Positions 58,744-64,000 of a stretch of DNA of 64,000 nucleotides are shown one piece after another; within the stretch, counting starts at the first letter, position 1; each line of letters opens with the position of its first letter. The DNA lies in NCBI GenBank assembly GCA_963842445.1, contig CAWJHF010000003.1, forward strand, positions 143,342 through 207,341, in the 5' to 3' direction. Source of the stretch: an uncultured Verrucomicrobiae bacterium. Its GTDB lineage: Bacteria; Verrucomicrobiota; Verrucomicrobiia; Limisphaerales; UBA11358. The notes beneath the pieces are model-generated. The model was not told the DNA's origin. It saw only the letters and a program-made list of their open reading frames with translations, and did no database searches. The translations under genes and the position numbers were made by a program.

Positions 58744-59796
58744 ATGAATGTCCAACCACCCATCGGCGAAAGGCTGCACCGGCCATTGGAAAGGCTGACG
58801 CCCAATCCCAAACTGAAATTCATGGACCAGTGCCGGGAGGTGATGCGGTTCCACCGGCTGGCGTTGCGCACAGAGGAGGCGTATTTGCAGTGGATCAAAC
58901 GGTTTATTCTCTTTCATCATAAACGGCATCCCAAGGAGATGGGGGAAGCGGAGGTGGAAGCTTTTCTGACGCATCTGGCAGCGGACCGGCTGGTGGCGGC
59001 CAGCACGCAAAACCAGGCGTTGGGGGCGTTGTTGTTCATGTATCAAAAGGTGCTGGGGCGGGAGCTGGAGTTTATGGAGGGGTTTGACCGGGCGCAGCGG
59101 CGGCAGCGGGTGCCGGTGGTGCTGAGCCGGGAGGAGGCGCGGCGGCTGTTGACGGCGGTGCCGGAAAAATACCGGTTGTTCTGCCAGTTGCTTTACGGAA
59201 CGGGGATGCGGTTGATGGAGGGATTGCGGCTGCGGGTGAAGGATGTGGATTTTGAGCGGAATCAGATTGTGGTGCATGACGGCAAGGGGATGAAGGACCG
59301 GGTGACGATGCTGCCCGACAAGCTAAAGCTTGAACTCCAACGGCACCTGGAACGAGTAAAATTATTGCATGAGAAGGATCTGGCGGCGGGGCTGGGAACG
59401 GTCTGGCTGCCGGGGGCGTTGAAGGTGAAGTATCCGGGCGCGGAACGGGAATGGGTGTGGCAGTGGGTTTTTCCCGCGTCGGGATTATCGAACGATCCGC
59501 AGAGTGTGAATCCCGGCGCGCACGGAGCAACGCGCTCCACCTTGCGGCGGCATCATTTGAATGAGACGAGTGTGCAACGGGTGATGAAGGAGGCGGTGGC
59601 GGTGGCGCGGATTGACAAGCGGGCAAGCTGCCATACGCTGCGGCATTCGTTTGCGACGCATCTTTTGGAGAATGGCTATGATATCCGGACGGTGCAGGAT
59701 TTACTCGGACACAAGGATGTGACGACAACGCAGATTTACACACACGTGATGCAGAAACCGGGAATCGGGGTGAGGAGTCCGCTGGACAGTATGTAG
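58744..59796 (+). CDS. intI: Integron integrase
   Basis: [22 protein letters not shown], integron-specific VWLP.AL..KYP.A..EW.WQWVFPA..RHH insertion, [26 protein letters not shown]. Confidence 0.97.
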   Translation: MNVQPPIGERLHRPLERLTPNPKLKFMDQCREVMRFHRLALRTEEAYLQWIKRFILFHHKRHPKEMGEAEVEAFLTHLAADRLVAASTQNQALGALLFMYQKVLGRELEFMEGFDRAQRRQRVPVVLSREEARRLLTAVPEKYRLFCQLLYGTGMRLMEGLRLRVKDVDFERNQIVVHDGKGMKDRVTMLPDKLKLELQRHLERVKLLHEKDLAAGLGTVWLPGALKVKYPGAEREWVWQWVFPASGLSNDPQSVNPGAHGATRSTLRRHHLNETSVQRVMKEAVAVARIDKRASCHTLRHSFATHLLENGYDIRTVQDLLGHKDVTTTQIYTHVMQKPGIGVRSPLDSM

Positions 59797-59804
59797 GGTT
59801 TTGG

Positions 59805-60022
59805 GTCTGGCGTCTGGCGTCTGGGACAAAATGGAAGGTTGAAGGTTGAAGGTTGAGAGATAGGGAATGGGAAACATCGAACATCGAACACTGAACATTG
59901 AACATTCAACATCGAATTTGAAAACAAGGCTTTGGCGGGGCGCCGAAAGGGACAGGCGCCTATGCCCCCCGGGAACATGACCCTGAACATCGAACATTCA
60001 ACATCGAACATCGAAGATTGAA
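59805..60022. repeat. Cluster of 7-bp tandem repeats (TCTGGCG, AAGGTTG, AACATCG/AACATTG)
   Basis: Directly visible arrays after the intI stop. Confidence 0.88.
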
Positions 60023-60115
60023 GATGGAGACAGGCGAGACGCCCGTCCTGCGGTCTTGAGTTCCGGCGCGTTGAATTTGCTTTCGCAGCGCACGGGCGTT
60101 TGCTAGAAAAGTTCC

Positions 60116-61054
60116 GTGCGCAAAATCCTGGGAATCGTTTTTGGATTCTGGCTGGGCGGGCTGCTGCTGGACGCGGGCGCGGTCACGCTGTCATTGACCG
60201 ACGGCACGTCGTTGAGCGGTGATGCCGTCAAGTATGACGACAACGGCATCCTGATCCACACGCCGGAGGATGCTTATACGAACGTGACGTGGACAATGTT
60301 TTCGCAGGACGCGCTCAAGCAACTGGCGCAAAACCCGAAAATCAAACCGTTCGTCAATCCGTTCATTATCCCGCCAGTGCAACAGCGTCCAAAGGAGGAA
60401 ATCAAAATTCAGCAGGTTTCGCGGCTGGAAGAGCCACCAAAAGCCTCATTGTTCGCCGCGCTGTTTTCGTCGTCGGTCGGATTGGCGGTAATATTCCTGA
60501 TTTACGGGGCGAATCTTTATGCGGCGATGGAGATCGCCGCTTTTCGCGGGCGCCCCATCGGCATGGTGATGGGGGTGGCGGCGGTGCTGCCGGTCCTGGG
60601 ACCGATTATTTTTCTGTCCATGCCCACGCGGGGCGAGCCGACCGCGGAGCCGGTCGCGCAGACCGAAGCTGAAACGGTGGCCGTGCCGGGCGTCGCGCCG
60701 GCGCCGACACGGGTGCAACCGCCGGGCGGAATTCACATTACCTCGTCATCGTGGCAGCAAGGGCCGCCCACCGAGAAACCCGCACCGCAGATTTTCCAGC
60801 GCGGACAGTTCATGTTCAACCGCCGGTTTTTCGAGACGAAGTTCCCGAATTTCTTCAGCCTCGTCCGGCGTGAAGCGGACAAGGACATGGTGTTGCTCGT
60901 GAAAACGCCGCGTGGGCAGTATGAGGTCAATCGCATCACGCGCATTGCGGCCAACGACATGCATTTTGAGGTCGCGCATGGCGCGGCGCGGCAGGAGGTG
61001 ATGGTGCCGTTCGGGGAAATCCAGGAAATCCAACTCAAACACAAGGATGCGTGA
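60116..61054 (+). CDS. Conserved-looking hypothetical membrane protein
   Basis: Signal peptide, 2 TM, Pro-rich linker, C-terminal domain; backbone-like codon usage. Confidence 0.75.
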   Translation: MRKILGIVFGFWLGGLLLDAGAVTLSLTDGTSLSGDAVKYDDNGILIHTPEDAYTNVTWTMFSQDALKQLAQNPKIKPFVNPFIIPPVQQRPKEEIKIQQVSRLEEPPKASLFAALFSSSVGLAVIFLIYGANLYAAMEIAAFRGRPIGMVMGVAAVLPVLGPIIFLSMPTRGEPTAEPVAQTEAETVAVPGVAPAPTRVQPPGGIHITSSSWQQGPPTEKPAPQIFQRGQFMFNRRFFETKFPNFFSLVRREADKDMVLLVKTPRGQYEVNRITRIAANDMHFEVAHGAARQEVMVPFGEIQEIQLKHKDA

Positions 61055-61061
61055 AACGGGA

Positions 61062-61151
61062 GTGTGACATGTGGTATGTGACACGTGGCACGGAAGCTGT
61101 TCCTGCGCGGCGTGGAGTTTTCCTGTCACTTGTCATCCGTCACTTGTCACT
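61062..61151. repeat. Inverted heptamer arrays (GTGACAC-like)x4 ... (TGTCACT-like)x4
   Basis: Directly visible upstream of adk. Confidence 0.75.
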
Positions 61152-61154
61152 TTT

Positions 61155-61739
61155 ATGAAATACCGGACGATTCTCATGTTTGGCGCGCCGGGCTCGGGCA
61201 AGGGCACGCAGGGAAAAATTCTCGGCACCATTCCGAATTTTTTCCACTGCGCCTGCGGCGACGTGTTCCGCAGCCTGCGTCCGGACAGTCCGCTTGGCAA
61301 AATTTTCATCGCCTACTCCGGCCGCGGCCGGCTGGTGCCCGACGCGCCGACGGTCGAGCTGTGGCGGCGGTTCATTGCCGCCAGCACGAAGATGGGGCGG
61401 TTTCATCCCGCCGAGGACACGCTCGTGCTCGACGGCATCCCCCGCAACGTGGCGCAAGCGGGAATGTTGGGCGACGTGCTTGACGTGATCGCCGTTTTTT
61501 ACCTCACCTGCGCCAACCAGAAAAATCTCGTGACGCGCCTGCAACGCCGCGCCATCAAGGAAAACCGGCTGGACGACGCGAACCTCGATGTCATCCGCGA
61601 CCGCCTGAAAATTTATGGGCAGGAAACCAAGCCCGTGCTCAATTTTTACGGCAAAAAAGCCGTTCATCGCATCAATGCCGATGGAACACCGGCCAGGACG
61701 TTTTTGGACATCCTCAAACGCGTCGTCAAACTCAAATAG
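61155..61739 (+). CDS. adk: Adenylate kinase family (short LID)
   Basis: GAPGSGKGTQ, GDVFR, G.LVPD, LDGIPR, R.DD, Y..ET.PV. Confidence 0.85.
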   Translation: MKYRTILMFGAPGSGKGTQGKILGTIPNFFHCACGDVFRSLRPDSPLGKIFIAYSGRGRLVPDAPTVELWRRFIAASTKMGRFHPAEDTLVLDGIPRNVAQAGMLGDVLDVIAVFYLTCANQKNLVTRLQRRAIKENRLDDANLDVIRDRLKIYGQETKPVLNFYGKKAVHRINADGTPARTFLDILKRVVKLK

Positions 61740-61744
61740 ATTTT

Positions 61745-61817
61745 GCAGGAGCCGAGGTAACGAGGCTCAAATATCCAAAGTGAACATTATTCAGAGCCTC
61801 CTCACGTCGGCTCCTAC
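61745..61817. repeat. REP-like doublet (copy 3 of family)
   Basis: GCAGGAGCCGAGGTAACGAGGCTC...GAGCCTCCTCACGTCGGCTCCTAC. Confidence 0.8.
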
Positions 61818-61859
61818 TTTTTCCTTTCACCCGCGCGCGATTTCGTTTTCGCTGAATCC

Positions 61860-62870
61860 ATGACGACATTGCAAATCATTTTCATGGGCACGGCGGAATT
61901 GTCCTGCGCCAGTCTGGAAAAACTGGCGGGTACGCAGGGATTCCAAATCACCGGTGTCGTCACGCAACCCGACCGGCCCAAGGGCCGCGAGCTCAAGGCG
62001 CAGTCGTCACCGGTCAAAACGCTCGCGCGGCGGCTGGGTTTGCCCGTGCTCCAGCCGGCCCGCGCCCGCAACGAAAAATTCATCGCCGAACTCCGTGCTT
62101 TGCAGCCCGATCTCATTTTAGTTGTCGCTTACGGACAGATTTTGCCGCAGAGCATTCTCGACCTGCCGCGCCACGGCTGTCTGAACGTCCACACCTCGTT
62201 GCTGCCCAGGTATCGCGGCGCGGCACCGATTCAGTGGGCGATTGCCAACGGCGACGCCGAGACGGGTGTTACCATCATGAAAATGGACGCGGGATTGGAC
62301 ACCGGACCGATTGTTTCGCAACGGCGCACGCCCATCCGGCCTGAGGACAATTCGGCCACGTTGCACGACCGGCTGGCGCGGCTCGGCGCGGAATTACTGG
62401 TGGAAACCATTCCCGGTTACGTCGCCGGGAAAATCCAGCCGGCGCCGCAGCCCGCCGCAGGCGTGAGCCAGGCGCCCAAAATCAAAAAGGAGGACGGACG
62501 CATTGATTGGAACCTGTCCGCGAAAACGATTTGGAACCGGCTGCGCGCCTTCACGCCGTGGCCGGGCTCGTTCACATTTTGGTTGGGAGTTCCACCTTCA
62601 GGCGGCAACGTCATTCAGAAGGGAAAACCGCTTGAAGGCGGAACTCCGAACGCGCCTCGACCGATGCTGCTGAAAATCTGGCGGGCGGAAATCGTCGAAA
62701 AATCCGATGAAGCTGGAACCATTTTATCAGCGGACAAAAATGGAATCGTTGTCGCCTGCGGCCAAAATGCGCTGCGGATTCTGGAGTTGCAGCGCGAAGG
62801 CGGGCGGCGATTAAGCGCGCAGGAATTTTTGGCGGGGCATCCGTTGAAGGCGGGCGAAAGGTTTAAATAG
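61860..62870 (+). CDS. fmt: Methionyl-tRNA formyltransferase
   Basis: FMGT, TQPDRPKGR, VAYGQIL, NVHTSLLPRYRGAAPIQ, MDAGLDTG. Confidence 0.96.
   Translation: MTTLQIIFMGTAELSCASLEKLAGTQGFQITGVVTQPDRPKGRELKAQSSPVKTLARRLGLPVLQPARARNEKFIAELRALQPDLILVVAYGQILPQSILDLPRHGCLNVHTSLLPRYRGAAPIQWAIANGDAETGVTIMKMDAGLDTGPIVSQRRTPIRPEDNSATLHDRLARLGAELLVETIPGYVAGKIQPAPQPAAGVSQAPKIKKEDGRIDWNLSAKTIWNRLRAFTPWPGSFTFWLGVPPSGGNVIQKGKPLEGGTPNAPRPMLLKIWRAEIVEKSDEAGTILSADKNGIVVACGQNALRILELQREGGRRLSAQEFLAGHPLKAGERFK
62583..62650. repeat. Palindromic element in frame in fmt
   Basis: TTGGGAGTTCCACCTTCAGGCGG...CCGCTTGAAGGCGGAACTCCGAA; peptide GVPPSGG..PLEGGTPN. Confidence 0.78.
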
Positions 62871-62875
62871 ATATC

Positions 62876-63062
62876 TGTCCCAAAGGGACAACGGAAATCA
62901 GCCAGCCACAAAGTGGCTGGGGCAATCAACCGACGGCATTGCGTCCCGAAGGGACGATGGAAAAGTTGCGCATTTTCCACCGTCCTTTCAGGACGGAAAT
63001 CATTTGGGAGCAACATACCCGGCACGATGTGCCGGGCTAAGTTCCAACGCTGCTTCGCGGCT
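62876..63062. repeat. Multi-hairpin REP-like cluster between fmt and arsC
   Basis: TGTCCC-AAA-GGGACA, CCAGCCAC..GTGGCTGG, CGTCCC-GAA-GGGACG, CCCGGCAC..GTGCCGGG. Confidence 0.7.
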
Positions 63063-63489
63063 TTTCCGCATCCCGCATTCCCGCCGCGTAAGCGTCGAAC
63101 ACGCGGCGCATTTCGTCGCGGATTTTGCGAAAGCACGCCAGGATTTCTTCTTCGCTACCAGTCGCCCTGGCCGGATCAAAGAACGGCCAGTGATGGCGGT
63201 TTACCTGACCGGGAAAAATCGGGCAGGCCTGGTCCACGTTGCCGCAGACAGTGATGACGGTGTGGACCGGCTGGTCCAGAAATTCCTTCAGGTGTTTTGA
63301 GCGATGGCCGGAAATATCAATGCCAACCTCGGCCATGACTTTGATGGCCAGCGGATGAACGCAGCCGGTGGGTTTTGAGCCGGCGCTTTGGACGGTCACG
63401 AGTTCGCCCGCCGCTGCGCGTAAAAAGCCTTCGGCCATGTGACTGCGGCACGAGTTGCCGGTGCAAAGGATGAGAATGGTGGGTTTCAT
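63037..63489 (-). CDS. arsC: Arsenate reductase (LMW-PTP type)
   Basis: [22 protein letters not shown]; downstream of acr3. Confidence 0.93.
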   Translation of the reverse strand: MKPTILILCTGNSCRSHMAEGFLRAAAGELVTVQSAGSKPTGCVHPLAIKVMAEVGIDISGHRSKHLKEFLDQPVHTVITVCGNVDQACPIFPGQVNRHHWPFFDPARATGSEEEILACFRKIRDEMRRVFDAYAAGMRDAEKPRSSVGT

Positions 63490-63493
63490 ATTT

Positions 63494-63568
63494 GTAGGAG
63501 ACGACGTGAGGAGTCTCAATTTTTTAGTTCATTGGTTTCAATTAGAGACTCGTTACCTCGTCTCCTAC
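63494..63568. repeat. REP-like doublet (copy 4), supplies the acr3 stop codon
   Basis: GTAGGAGACGACGTGAGGAGTCTC...GAGACTCGTTACCTCGTCTCCTAC. Confidence 0.82.
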
Positions 63569-64000
63569 TTTAATTTTCGCCTGATACCAGCCGCGCGAGC
63601 GGTTGCAGACGTGGCAGACGGAAAGCATCACCGGCACTTCGACGAGCACACCGACGACGGTGGCCAGCGCCGCGCCGGAGCCGGGGCCGAACAGCGTGAT
63701 GGCCACGGCCACGGCCAGTTCGAAGAAATTGCTCGCGCCGATGAGCGCGCCCGGTGACGCGACGTTGTGCGGCACTTTGAACCGGCGCATCAGCAAATAG
63801 GCGAGCGATGAATTGAAATAGACCTGGATGACAATCGGCACGGCCAGCAGGAGCACCGCGAACCAGCGCGTGGTGAGGTTTTCCGCCTGGAAGGCAAAGA
63901 TGAGCACGAGCGTCAGCAACAGCGCAAAGATGGTCACGGGATGAAATTTTGGCAGAAACTTTTGCTCGAACCAATCCTTGCCGTGCGATTTCAAAAGCGC
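63542..64000 (-). CDS. acr3: Acr3 arsenite efflux transporter, 3' part
   Basis: LIGASNFFELAVAVAI.LFG..SGAALATVVG.LVEVPVML. Confidence 0.95.
   Translation of the reverse strand, partial: ALLKSHGKDWFEQKFLPKFHPVTIFALLLTLVLIFAFQAENLTTRWFAVLLLAVPIVIQVYFNSSLAYLLMRRFKVPHNVASPGALIGASNFFELAVAVAITLFGPGSGAALATVVGVLVEVPVMLSVCHVCNRSRGWYQAKIKVGDEVTSL

Larger units (their letters stand above)
46836..59796. mobile_element. Integron: intI, attI and an array of ~17 cassettes with 15 recognisable attC sites
   Basis: IntI divergent from an array of short ORFs separated by RYYTAAC...GTTRRRY imperfect palindromes. Confidence 0.96.

Noticed and set aside
58690-58744. LexA/SOS box controlling intI
   Set aside because: Neither CTGT-N8-ACAG nor TGTTC-N4-GAACA is present upstream of intI

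Overview
GC-rich bacterial chromosome segment. Gene content, protein style and repeat families suggest Verrucomicrobiota (Pedosphaera/Limisphaerales-like); this is inference. The housekeeping backbone has two tandem S53 proteases, a GH28, trmH, glnE, tRNA-Ala, lptF/G, a moxR-bat operon, tRNA-Phe, aceE, lplA, a split class I fumarase, rpiB, adk, fmt, arsC and acr3. Four accessory layers sit on it. (1) A complete integron: intI at 58744-59796, attI near 58645, 15 recognisable attC sites and about 17 cassettes running leftwards to ~46.8 kb. Three attC sites are hit at the same GCGC by two IS1182 copies and a related 119-bp MITE, and the two cassettes between the IS copies are inverted. Several attC loops carry an RBS plus start codon pointing back into the cassette. 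(2) Two unrelated toxin-antitoxin pairs, each lying between two diverged copies of the first ~20-27 codons of a housekeeping gene (trmH, DUF58). They have similar leaderless promoters, and in one case an unbroken antisense frame re-couples translation to the restored gene. This looks like a transposase-free gene-start-replacement mode of insertion. (3) A decayed integrase/vsr/restriction islet beside tRNA-Phe, and a HEPN gene inside the fumarase operon. (4) Many REP-like palindromes and 7-bp repeats, several inserted in frame in conserved proteins. Two single-base frameshifts (glnE, Ig-repeat protein) may be sequencing errors. All family assignments come from motif recognition by eye; no database search was run.
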